A stretch of 64,000 nucleotides of DNA from assembly GCA_000004985.1 (NCBI GenBank), contig GG738886.1; one strand, written 5' to 3'. This stretch comes from Naegleria gruberi. Lineage: Eukaryota. Below the pieces are notes generated by a model that was not told the DNA's origin, ran no database searches, and saw only the letters and a program-made list of their open reading frames with translations. A program made the translations under genes and the position numbers. This document shows, piece by piece, positions 24,595-35,508 of this stretch (position 1 is its first letter; each line of letters starts with the position of its first letter).

Positions 24595-24665
24595 CCGTCT
24601 CGGGAGGAATCGAACCTCCGTCAATGGATTCAAAGTCCACTATGCTACCATTACACCACGAGACG
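24595..24665 (-). tRNA. tRNA-Gln (anticodon UUG)
   Basis: Reverse complement: CGTCTCG TG GTGTAATGGTAGCAT AG TGGA CTTTGAA TCCA TTGAC GGAGG TTCGATT CCTCC CGAGACG G. The acceptor stem is 7 bp, the D-loop is Gln-type GGTGTAATGG, the anticodon loop CUUUGAA gives UUG, and the T-loop is TTCGATT. Confidence 0.85.
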
Positions 24666-24962
24666 AGCACATTTAATAACCACTTGATTATACCATAGAT
24701 AAAGAATCAAAAATGTCACTCTCAAAATATTTTTAATTTGATATAGAGGAAAGGTACGGTTTACAATTTTAAAACTTGTTTTCCATTTTGATAAATTAAA
24801 AAATATTGAAAAAAAATAGGGGAGAAACTGTGAACTCTTTCTCGATAGATATTGTATTTGGGGTTGTGATTTTTCTACTGTATGTAGATATTAATGTCTA
24901 GTATTAATGGTAAATTTTTTTAAAAGTTAGTCTGGAAGAACACGAAGAAAAAAGATGATGTT

Positions 24963-24982
24963 TGCGTCGACCGGGAATTGAA
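24963..24982 (-). tRNA. Detached 3' portion of tRNA-Gly(GCC): T-loop, 3' T-stem, 3' acceptor strand and discriminator
   Basis: Reverse complement TTCAATT CCCGG TCGACGC A. This is the exact complement of the 5' acceptor strand GCGTCGA and the T-stem CCGGG of the 5' portion at 25445..25502. Confidence 0.7.
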
Positions 24983-24983
24983 C

Positions 24984-25444
24984 GGGTTATGGAATTACCT
25001 AATGTGGAAATTGAATTCAATTTTGAAATTGAATTAATACAATGTTTTTTAAATTATTATTATTTAAATGTATTTCACATTAATTTTGATAATGTAATAT
25101 TAAAGATATTGATGATTGGGTATAGGGGAACGGAATTTCCTAATTGGGAATGTCATCACACCAACAATAAATTAAATTTATTATTTATTCATTGATGTTC
25201 ACTAACACATTACATGATGAAACAATTCAAACATTTACTCAAACTTTAAACATTAACATTAACCATCGGGTAACGGATTTTAATACATGTACAGTATGTT
25301 TATAATTGGTCGACGCACAGAAATTTAAATAAAAAGAATTAACAATAATAAAAGCAAAATGCTCACAACATTGGAGAACGGGAAATGAAATTCCCAAATT
25401 AAATTGAGAAACAACACAATCACAATAATTCATACTATCAAAAT
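24984..25444. mobile_element. 461-bp AT-rich insertion splitting the tRNA-Gly gene within its T-loop, flanked by an 8-9 bp direct repeat (G)AATTGAAC
   Basis: (G)AATTGAAC occurs at 24975..24983 and again at 25444..25452. Removing 24984..25452 restores a perfect 71-nt tRNA-Gly. The insert has no long ORF and no clear terminal inverted repeats. It contains a palindrome AATTGAATTCAATT near its left end and an inverted copy of GGTCGACGCA at 25306..25315. Confidence 0.5.
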
Positions 25445-25502
25445 GAATTGAACCCGGGTCACGGCGATGGCAACGCCGTATTCTACCACTAAACCATCGA
25501 CG
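25445..25502 (-). tRNA. 5' portion (about positions 1-60) of tRNA-Gly (anticodon GCC), interrupted in the T-loop
   Basis: Reverse complement GCGTCGA TG GTTT AGTGGTA GAAT A CGGCG TTGCCAT CGCCG TGAC CCGGG TTCAATT. The anticodon stem is a perfect 5 bp, the loop gives anticodon GCC, and it closely matches eukaryotic tRNA-Gly-GCC. The 3' T-stem and acceptor strand are missing here and lie 461 bp away. Confidence 0.8.
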
Positions 25503-25612
25503 CTTCTTGAATCATTATTCAGGCTGTTTATTTTATTTAAGGTAACCCTGTTAGTAATCTCCCGCCATTTTTAGTTGTTTTCATCTACAGTCATGAAATT
25601 TAATTTAAAAAA

Positions 25613-26630
25613 ATGATGCAACAACACCAAGAATGTAATGCTCAATACAAGTCCATCAGTAGAAGTATCGAGCAAACAACAAATCAGGTGAATGTTCATT
25701 TGAGAAATTTGGATCGGCTGAAGAAGAAGATGGTCAGTGAGGAAAAGAAGAATGCCATTAATTTATTAAAAAGTATGAGAATTGAAACTGGTGGAGCAGA
25801 GATACCATTCAGTAAACCTCGGAAGAGAGGAATTACATCGAAATTTTCCAATGGGGTTGGATTAAAATCAGAAGACTTGGCTGATGAATATTTGGTTCCT
25901 TTAAAACAGAGATATCCTGAAACTGGGTGTAGGTTTTGAATATTGTTTTCTCTTGATGGAGATGAGTTTACACTTATATTGGAATTTAATCATATTGAAT
26001 TGTTTCAAACAATTGTTTGATAATGGTTTCAACGAGAATAGATGATTTTGAAGTGAAGGATATTGAAGATATCAAAGATTTCGATAAGGATTCTAAATAT
26101 TATGAACAAATGCATGAATTGATCCACTCTCCACGAAATACTATTCCTGATATAATAGATGAAAAGAAAAAGAGAAGAGAGGAGGAAGAACGTAAAAAGA
26201 AGGAGGAACAAGAAGAGGCTATGAGACTTGAACGCAAAAACAAACTCAAAACCAAGTTAATAGCCTCAAAGAAATTAATCATGCTCAGTTCATTATCTTT
26301 CAAACGAACTTCAAGGTAAGATTCTTTCTCAATCAATTCTTACAAACTCAATTCAGTCAACTTGAACACAAAGCACAAGAAAAACCAGTGGAAGAGGAAG
26401 ACGAATTTGAAAAAACAAGAGCCGAACTCTTTGGCTCAAAACCGAAAAAAGTTGAAACTCAAAAAACACCGCCTACAGAAAAGAAAGCCTCCTCACTCCT
26501 CAAAATGTTGGGTATTCCAGAAGGTGAGGATTCAAGAGATAGTAGTCCAACCAATGAAAAGAGTCAAAGAAAACCTCAAGTCTCATTCTCAGCCATGATG
26601 GAGAGAAGATATTCAAACAAGAAGATGTAG
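25613..26630 (+). CDS. Hypothetical Lys/Glu-rich protein, 3 exons approx join(25613..25926,26037..26315,26357..26630)
   Basis: Three same-strand ORFs linked by GT..AG introns (about 110 and 41 nt). The second, GTAAGA...TTCAG, gives ...FKRTS|QLEHKAQEKPVEEEDEFEK. Charged low-complexity protein with an RKRGITSKFSN motif. No family assigned. Confidence 0.4.
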
Positions 26631-26776
26631 GAATGGAAAGGAATTGATGTTTTCTCTCAATTTTAAACCAGTGCTTTGTCTTGATTGAAAATAATTTCGC
26701 AGACAAGTCGGCGTAATTATTCAATGCAGTGTGGATAACAATTTTGGTGATATTGAAAAAAACAATATCGTAAAGA

Positions 26777-27418
26777 ATGTCTAGACGTTTAAAGGACTAT
26801 TATGGCTTGCTTAGTGTTGCAAGAAATGCAACACAATCAGATATTAAAAAAGCCTATGTAAAATTAGCAAAATTATACCATCCCGATTTACATGATAATA
26901 ATGATCCAAAGTTTACATCCAAACAGGAAATGTTTAAAGAAATTACAGAAGCCTATAGTATTTTAAATAATCCAAGGAAGAGAAGTGTATATAATACAGA
27001 ATTATATGAAGTTGAAAAGGCAACAAATCTACGAGATGGATCTTCAGTACCACTCGAACCAAAATTATATGAAATGAGTGCAGAAGAAAAAGAAGCTCTC
27101 GGAAAGCAAATTAAAAAGATTAGATTTAGGAAAGTGAGGAGATTATTTATTATTGTTTTGGCTTTATTCGTCATTGGTTGGTATGCCAAATTCAAGTATA
27201 TTTTCTTGAGAATGTACAACAGAGATATTGGAAACAAAGTAATATTTAAGGATAAAGAAGGAGTGGACGCAGAAGTTATTTCCGAAGTGAATAGAAGATT
27301 TTCTGCTGAATTGGCAAGAGTCAGAGAAGAAAGAGAAAAACAAGGAATTCTTCGTCAACCAACCAAAAAGATGGGAACCGCTGCTACTGCAAACACAAAC
27401 ACTGTTGAAAAGGAATAA
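26777..27418 (+). CDS. J-domain (DnaJ) protein with a single TM segment
   Basis: J domain DYYGLLSVARNATQSDIKKAYVKLAKLYHPDLH with a degenerate HPD context. TM helix LFIIVLALFVIGWYAKF. Single exon. Confidence 0.7.
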   Translation: MSRRLKDYYGLLSVARNATQSDIKKAYVKLAKLYHPDLHDNNDPKFTSKQEMFKEITEAYSILNNPRKRSVYNTELYEVEKATNLRDGSSVPLEPKLYEMSAEEKEALGKQIKKIRFRKVRRLFIIVLALFVIGWYAKFKYIFLRMYNRDIGNKVIFKDKEGVDAEVISEVNRRFSAELARVREEREKQGILRQPTKKMGTAATANTNTVEKE

Positions 27419-27433
27419 ATATTATATGTTTAT

Positions 27434-30400
27434 TTATGGAATAGAGCCTTCTGAAAGGGAGAGGGTAGTGGATTCGACAGAAGCAGAGCTTGCAAAATTG
27501 TTACTATCGTAACTATTGGCATTAGCTTCCTTAGTTGTTTCAATACTAGTTGTTAATAATGGTTCTTTCTCATTAGGTTTGTCTTGATCTTGATCATCTT
27601 GTTTAACTAGTTCTTGAATATCTTCTTCAGATAATTCTTGAGCATACATTACAGCACCTTCCAAACAAGTTAAATAATAAACAACCTCACTGTTTCTTGA
27701 CTGTGAAGAATACTTTGATATATAAGAAAGAGCAGAATGAATATTTGGAAGATGAGCATGAACAACTACATAAACCAAGATTGGGAAGAATTCATCAGCT
27801 CCAAAAGAGAAATCTTTTCCTCTTTGAGAACAATTATCCTTAGCAATGATATGTATTTGTCTCGCACAAGAATACACACAATGAAGCATGTCAATTGGAG
27901 ACACACAATAATTCAAATACCCAAGAGTAGCAATAGGATCATAGAATGGAGTTTGATTTTGTTTGTGAATCATTTCCTTGATGCTATTCTGTTTTCCAGT
28001 AAACTTAGCTCTTATAGGTAAAAACTTGTTGGCAACACCAAGTTGATTAGCAGTAAGTTTTCTTAAGAGTCTGACTTGTTGTTGGAATTTGTAGTTTTCT
28101 TGAGATTGTGACTCAATTTCAATCTTTTGAAGTCTAAGTCCAAGGCCAAACTCATTGTAAATCAATCGAGAAACGAGTCTCAATATTGCTTGCTTTTCCA
28201 AGTCAGTTTTGATGGCATGTCTATCACTCAAGTAATCAACATAAATGACAACATATTCAGCAATTTCAGCTGGAGGGACCTTTTCAAGTCCTGCATTATT
28301 GATTTCCTTCAAGAATGTTCTGAGAGATTGACCTTCTTCTGTACGTTGATCAGCAATCAAATCAAAAAATTCTTGTTCAATTTCCAATCTTTGATCATTT
28401 TCAACACAATTGATGAAAGATTGCCAAGTTTGATCATCAAGATGAACGTCTTTTTGCATTGAATTTCCCTCATTGAGAGAATGGAAGTTGCACAATGGTA
28501 CAACAGGTTCTTCAATAAATCTTTGAATGATGGATTTCAACCTAATTGTCACCTCCTTCTTGGTGATAACCTTCTTATTAATGTTGCTATCCTTTTTCAT
28601 TTGAGTGTACCTTTCAGACAAATCCTTGGAAATTTGTTCTAAAAGAATAATTTCATTCCATTGGGAGGATAGTGATTCATGATCGCTCAAAATATCCTCC
28701 ACGTCCTTATAGAATGATTCATTCTTTACATAGTGAGGAAGTAAATTGTAACACTTCATATTGATATCACCTGCTTGCTCTACTTGTTTCAATTGTTGAG
28801 CTTGTTGTACAAGAATTTCGCGAATGATTTTAATTCTGTCCTTGATAAGAGTCTTGCAACCCTTTTCGAGTTCTCTTCTTTGCTTGAGTCTGATTAATTT
28901 ACAGCTGGATAATTCCTTAAATATTTCAATTAATTTAGAATCATGACATCTTTGCAAGAATGCATACTCTTGTTGCATCTTTTCATATTCAATCTCTTGT
29001 CTCTTTCTCAAATCTTTTACAACTTGTCTACTTTCCTTGAGGTAGTTGGAAAGTCTTTGGTCGTATTTAATCAATTCATCTCGCCAATCCTCTTCACTTC
29101 TCTTCTTTGGAGCAGATGTGAAAAGCTTTTTGAATAAATTTTCCTTCTTTGGTTGGAAATGTTTAAGTTCAGAATTGTTGGTAATGAAAGTATGTCTCTT
29201 TTGTCTGGTTGGAGAGCTTGGTTCCTTTTCCTGAAGAAGAGGTTGAGCAATAATTGGGGGAATTACAATCTTTTGAGCATTCTCTCTGAAAATGAAAGAA
29301 GTTGTCGATGTGTTTGGATCTACATAGGCTTTCTTGTCAAATGATTCAAACTCTGTATTGATTGTTGAATCCAAAAATCGTGATTGGTTAAAACTCTCTG
29401 ATATTACTCCTTCAGAAGGTTTGCTGAGAGCCTTATTGTTCTTCTTGATAGAGACAGGTGGAGATGATTTTTCTCTGTTTGTTGTAGATTTTTGTGGTGT
29501 GTTAGGTTCAGAAGAGGCACCAAGGAAGTACTTTTTCGATGAGTTATCCTCCTCCTTCTCTTGAATAAATTGTCTCATATGCTTTCTGATTTTCACATTC
29601 TTCTTGGCAGATAATCCATTCTCATCACTCTCTTCTTCATCAGATTCTTCAGTATCATCCTCTGAGAATTTTAAAAAGTATTGTCGTTTGGATTCATCCA
29701 TATTGGTGGTAATTTCTTCATCCCAATCTCTTCTCAATTCAGAGACCCATGAAGGAATATTATCGGCCACTTGTGGTAAAACTTGTTTAATAGTGTCAAT
29801 GTTCTTATTGGCACTGTCCTTCTTTTTCTTTGCATTGGGAATGAAATAGTTTACCTATGTTGTAAGAAAGTATGTTTGTTTAAAATTACTCACATTAATT
29901 ACAGTTTCAGGAGGTACGTCCTTTGTTTCTACAATTACTTCTTCATCTTCCTTCACTTTTTGATAATACTTTTTAATATTCTCTTCAAGAGAAGAGAAAT
30001 TATCTTGGTTGGAAAGGGCTGGAATTGATGAATTGTTATGAACTATTATTGGTTGTTGGAAAATGGATGATTCTTCCTCTTCTTCGTGAACTTGAGATGC
30101 GAGTAGAGACTCTCTATTATTGGAGGAAATATTGGAAATATTGGACGTTGTTCGTTGTTGTTGTTGTTGCTCTGAAGGGAGTTGGGATTTGTTGTTGGTA
30201 GTTATGGTAGGAGGTATGTTGGTAGATTCTTGTTGTTGTTGGGAAAGAGGAGTAGAATTTGTCTGTGATGATGGGGAAAGGATGAAAGAAGGAGATTGGA
30301 GTGGAAGTGAAGAGGTTAATTCATCCCTTGTTACGGATGATCCATCAGATGGAACAGAGCTATTTGGCATACTACTGGGAGTAATAGAAAGGGAGGCAGG

Positions 30401-30790
30401 TAAACTTCTATTGTGATTAAAACTTGAAGAAGGAGAAGAAAAGGAAGGAGAAAGAGAAAGACTTGTCGTATCAGAATCTAACGGGCAAGATGAGGAGGAT
30501 GAAGAAGGAATATTAATAGGATTATTGGCAGGCTTACCCGATAATATTTGGACTGATTGTTGTTGATCGATAATTGTTGAACTTGTCTTTACCATTAAAT
30601 CATCAATATTCGCCATAGGAGAGGAACCACTACCTTGAGAAAGAGCCTTCGACAACATGCTCTGATGGGAATTGTCAGAGCAGGCATGATAATTGGTTGC
30701 CGGCGTCGTAGTAGTCATCGAACAAGACGATGAGACAGAAGCTTCCTGTTGATCATGATTAGAATGCTTCTCTTGTCGTGGTTGTTCCAT
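27434..30790 (-). CDS. VPS9-domain protein (Rab5-family GEF) with S/T/Q-rich N-terminal region; join(30790..29894,29854..27434)
   Basis: VPS9 catalytic core: GADEFFPILVYVVVHAHLPNIHSALSYISKY...EVVYYLTCLEGAVMY. The N-terminal low-complexity exon is joined by a 39-nt GTGAGT..TAG intron (29855..29893) that skips an in-frame TAG, and both ORFs share one frame. Confidence 0.65.
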
Positions 30791-31282
30791 TTTTTGCGCT
30801 GTGTTTAATAATCAGCTGAATATCTTGCAAATAAGTTTTTTTGGCTCTACCTTGATATCAAGCCTCACATGGAAGGCATCACGACGATATTCGAACGGTT
30901 ATTTGAGACTCTTTTCAATGTTGCAGTGTTATTAAACAACAAGTGTATGTTTCCCAATACTCCAGTGAATGATATTATTTCTCCAACAAGAGGATGAATA
31001 AATTCATTGTTGTTAAGGAAATTAAACCTCACCTAAATATGTGTTGATTATAATGTTGCGTATTAATATCGGGTCATATTTTACAATGAATTTTTAATCC
31101 TATTTAATGAACATAACAAAATTTAGATGTTTATACCCTAATCCCGATATCAACATTGAATATTACAGTGAGCCAACAATATTTAATAATAATGATATTA
31201 AACAATAGTTTAGAGCATTAAGAGTTAAATAAACTAGAATATCATTTATTTTTAATATTTTTTTTGAAAACAATATTAAAAA

Positions 31283-32303
31283 ATGAGCACTGAGAATAAA
31301 TCTTCACCAACAGAGTTGCTTGCCTCTCTTCCTGCAGGCGTTGTTGTTCCACCACCTCCAGTCAAGCCATCATGGGGAAAGACTGAAATGGGTTTCGGAT
31401 TCAAGAGTCCAGAAAAGCCATCTGAACAATTTATTCAAGACTCTTTCTGGTCAGGTATGTATTGTAGTGGAATTTTAGATGATTTATTTTCTTTGGTGTG
31501 TATTGTTGAACAACAATATAAAATTGAACAACCAATTATAATGATGGATTTTATTAATAACATTGCTATCATGATGATGGTTTCAATTACTTTTCTTGTT
31601 GGATGAAAATTATTTTATTGTCGTGATGATGACGCGGAACATTTGATGAATTAATATTTTGCTGATGGTGGAAATAATGTGGATACTTTGATTGGATATT
31701 CTTTAAAAACTTTATTACAACAACAACAATAACAAAAACTATTGTTAAATATCACCAATAACAGCTGTCTATGGTCTCGGTGCTGGTACTGTTGCTGCTT
31801 GGTTCTACGATTATAAGAAGACTCGTATGCCTTACTTCAAGGCCCTTTCTCTGCACGGTAAAATTGTTAAAGGACCATTCTCTGTTGTGACAGCTTTCGG
31901 TGTTTCTCATGCTGCCATGAATGCTTTCTGGGATATGAAGAATGCTGATGGAGAAGATAGATTTGCCAAGGAACAATCTGTTTCACAAAAGACTATTTCA
32001 GGATTTGTTGCTGGTTCAACAGTTGGTCTCCTTAGAGGTAGCCCATCACTTATGGTTCTTTGGGGTTCAATCTTTGGAGTCTTATCTTGGGGATACAACA
32101 AATACAGACTTGAATTTTATCCAACTGATAAGGCCAGAAGACAACAATTGTATAATGAAAAGTTTGTTCCATCAAGTGAACCAGCTCCAGAATATCTTAA
32201 GGAAGACAATATCAATAGTGACAGAATGATCTCAACATTCTTTTTCGAAGAACAAGTCCCAAAGAAAAAGAATACCTGTCCAGTTAAATTCGAAGAACAA
32301 TAG
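31283..32303 (+). CDS. Small membrane protein, possibly Tim17/Tim22/OEP16-family-like; join(31283..31454,31765..32303)
   Basis: Pro-rich N-terminal exon and a 310-nt GTATGT..ACAG intron. The second exon has glycine-zipper TM segments (AVYGLGAGTVAAWFY, GFVAGSTVGLL, LWGSIFGVLSWG). The family assignment is tentative. Confidence 0.35.
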
Positions 32304-32348
32304 ATGGGTAACTGAAATACTTAGGGACAATAAATTATTATTAAATAT

Positions 32349-34503
32349 TTAATTTTCATTCGTTTGATTTTTGATATGTTTCAATATTGATACCATCTGC
32401 TTGTAATCTTCTAGTAAGGAATTCACATCCTTCAATCGTAGATCTTCAGCAGTGGCATTCTCAAATTTAAACTCGTTGAATATGGTTTCGTTATTCTTTA
32501 CAAATGAAACAAGGTTTTCCCACTTTTTGTCATGGTTTACATGGGAAGAAACCATGTCAACTCTTGCCTCGTCTGTTGTGGTCTTGTTATTACAATTTTT
32601 TACAGATTCTTCTATTGAAGATTTTGAAAGGGAATCGGATTCTTCAAGCTGTTTTGGAGGAGATTGGATTTCACATTCCATTATTGGTGACATGATGGTT
32701 TCGTCTGGTGTTTTCACAGAATCAACAGTATCCAATAATAGTTTTTCAGGACTTTTCTCTTCTTTTTTCACATATTCCGTTATTTCATTCATGGCTTCTT
32801 TTGGTACTTCCTTAATAATAGCTATATGAGAATTGCTTGATTGTTGTTTTGATTCTCCTGTTGCATGTTGTACGCTTTCCTTTCCAAAGACATCCTCAAA
32901 GTTTATCATTTGTTGGAAGGTAGTTTCATCCATGTTAAGCATTGTATGATCACATCCTTGCCAAAATGCCATAGCAGATTCAAGTGATGTAAGGAAATAT
33001 CCAGAATGGCCTTCCAAGCTTTGTGGATTTCTGTACTCACTAATATATCTGGGTATTTCAGTTAGGAATAATTGAACAATTTGAAAAATACTTACTTGAT
33101 ATTCGAGTGCAAATGAGGAACATTTGATCTCAATACAATAAATATTAAAAGTGGTAAAAAATCGTCTGCACTTGGGGCATTTCCACCACTTCCTCCTGAT
33201 TGTTCATGCATGGATCGTTTTAAAAGATTCATTGTAAGATGACAACAGTTTGAAACACAAATAAGCTTGTCTCTTGGTGTCTTGTAAAAACTCATCTTTT
33301 TCAATTCTTCAATTGCTTTCTGGAATAGAGGATCTGTGACTAACCTAGCTGAAACATCAAGATTTGCAGGTGTCACTACTCGTTTAAATAATGCAATTCT
33401 TGATCCAATTTGATTGTCAATTTCAATATCTTCCAAAGTTGGTGAAAACACTCTATAATAACAATGATAATGCAACAGTAAAAAAGTTATGAAACAACTG
33501 AGAAAACTTACTTGGAATAAATCTTGGTCATTACATATTTCTCAATTCCTTCTCTAGCATTCATCAAATCTTGTTCGGTGGCATTCTTCCACTGCTCGTG
33601 AGATGATATTTCTCTCATGATGTGAGCTAAAAATGATTGAACTTTGTGTGGATGTTCTGGTGTATAGTCAGTATTGGAAATTTCAAAAGTAAATTTCTTA
33701 ATATCTCTGGTCAATTGTACAACTGATTTGTCTTTGAGTTTTTGTAAAAATGACTTGAAATCAAATTTGTAATCCTTCTTTTCCGAATTAAAAGCAGATG
33801 TAGTTTCCTTTGGTTCTGCCTTTTTTTCAAATAATTGATTATCATTTCCAGTATTGTGATTGTCTATAATTTGATTGATTCTTGATTCTGTTTCTTTTGG
33901 GGTTGGTGCTTTTGATTTGGTTTTCTCAAATCCATTGGTTCTAATAAATAATTTTGTTTCATCTTCATTGATTGAATATTCTACATGATCTGATATGAAG
34001 CTTTCCTCAAGGGAGGATGATCCTGATAAAGAGTTTGGTACAGAGCTTGAAAAGCTTCCAGAATGGTTTCTCGTACTAATACTAATAGGTTTGGAACCTA
34101 AAGGTGAATTTACATTATCAATTGTGACAAAATCCTTGTCTCCATCATTATCAAAAACCATAGAGTAGGATCTGGAAAATTTCCTTTGTTGGTCATTAGA
34201 TGAACGATAGGATTTTTCATCTTGAGTCCAAGCACATCCACTGTAGGTAATTGGTTGTGATATCAAATAGAGTCTGACTTGAGAGGGTATGTTTTCTGAA
34301 TCTTCGTTATTTCCAAAATCATTTTTTGGTGATGTTCCAAATATTGAGAGTGGTTGTTGTTGTTTGATAGATGTTTCTCTTTGTGACAGTGAAACAGAAG
34401 ACTTTCCAGATATATCAACTTCTCCCTTTCTCAAAATTTGAATTTTGCTTTTTACATCCAAAGGTTCATCAAATGCACAATGTCCATCACTATTCATCAT
34501 CAT
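32349..34503 (-). CDS. Second VPS9-domain protein; join(34503..33512,33452..33096,33038..32349)
   Basis: VPS9 core SADDFLPLLIFIVLRSNVPHLHSNIKYISEYRNPQSLEGHSGYFLTSLESAMAFW is reconstituted across 59- and 57-nt GTAAGT..AG introns. Ser-rich N-terminus and acidic C-terminus. Confidence 0.6.
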
Positions 34504-34531
34504 ATGAATCTTGAAATTTCAATTTAAAAAC

Positions 34532-34945
34532 CTACATTTTTCTAAAAGTAAACAATTTAGATGGTTCTTCAAAGAAAGCAATACATTCCTCTCCAGTTGG
34601 AGGTCCATCAATAATTAAAATTGAAACTCCATCAGGAGCAAAAACTCCTCGAATTCCATTCATTGTAATAAATTGATTCGGATTTTGTTTGTTTACTATT
34701 GCAATGTGACTCTGCAGAAAATCAATACTTGGTGCTACAATACTATTCGGAGAAGATTTTTTAAATAGAGAGGAATTATTAATATTGGACAAGCACAAGG
34801 CAACACTTTGATCATGTGGAAACAATAAGATGGCATCCTTTTCTATTATATTTCCAACAACTGATGAAAATTGTTTATTTTCCCTCAAAGATCGAATCAG
34901 TCGATTATTTTGCTTTTCATATTCAAAAAAGTTGGATGGCGGCAT
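34532..34945 (-). CDS. Hypothetical small protein (137 aa)
   Basis: Single ORF with a plausible ATG and compact spacing to its neighbours. No confident family; it weakly resembles a small longin/roadblock-like fold. Confidence 0.3.
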   Translation of the reverse strand: MPPSNFFEYEKQNNRLIRSLRENKQFSSVVGNIIEKDAILLFPHDQSVALCLSNINNSSLFKKSSPNSIVAPSIDFLQSHIAIVNKQNPNQFITMNGIRGVFAPDGVSILIIDGPPTGEECIAFFEEPSKLFTFRKM

Positions 34946-35508
34946 TTTTTTAATAATTCCATCAAATTATTTTTAGAAAATAGAACGTGTTTAGAATCAT
35001 GGGTGATTTTTAAACAAATAAAACTAGTTATTAAGGATTTAAATTAATATAATTCCCGAGCCAGTGAGAATGAATTATAAAGAATAATAGAATATATTAT
35101 CGAGATTATTCTTATTCCAGATAATATAAACGAAAATTCATTTCTTTTAATGTGGGACCTTAATTTTTTATACAACAAGGAATGGTGAAAGTGCATTATT
35201 GAAGTAAGCAAACCATAGGAGTTATATTTCCCCTAGATTCTTTATTTCTCATTAAAAAACCATTTGGTTGTTATGGGAGCTATCATAAAAAGGGCAGAGC
35301 TGTTGAGTCCTTTCATTATTTGGGCATTGATCGGCTTATTGGGAACTTTAAATGGAACTTTGATTTTTAACTACGATATCGTATAGTCGTAATGGTAAGC
35401 AGTAAGTAGTTTAATTGGGATATTGCATTAAACACTTTGATTTCTTGCCTTCACTCTTAATATTCGGAAGAATAAGGAACCTTATATTTTAAAATTTTAT
35501 TTTTTTTG

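Noticed and set aside
24962-25195. 77-aa ORF inside the tRNA-Gly insertion
   Set aside because: AT-rich and low-complexity. It begins inside the tRNA acceptor sequence and has no domain-like features. The insertion is judged non-coding.
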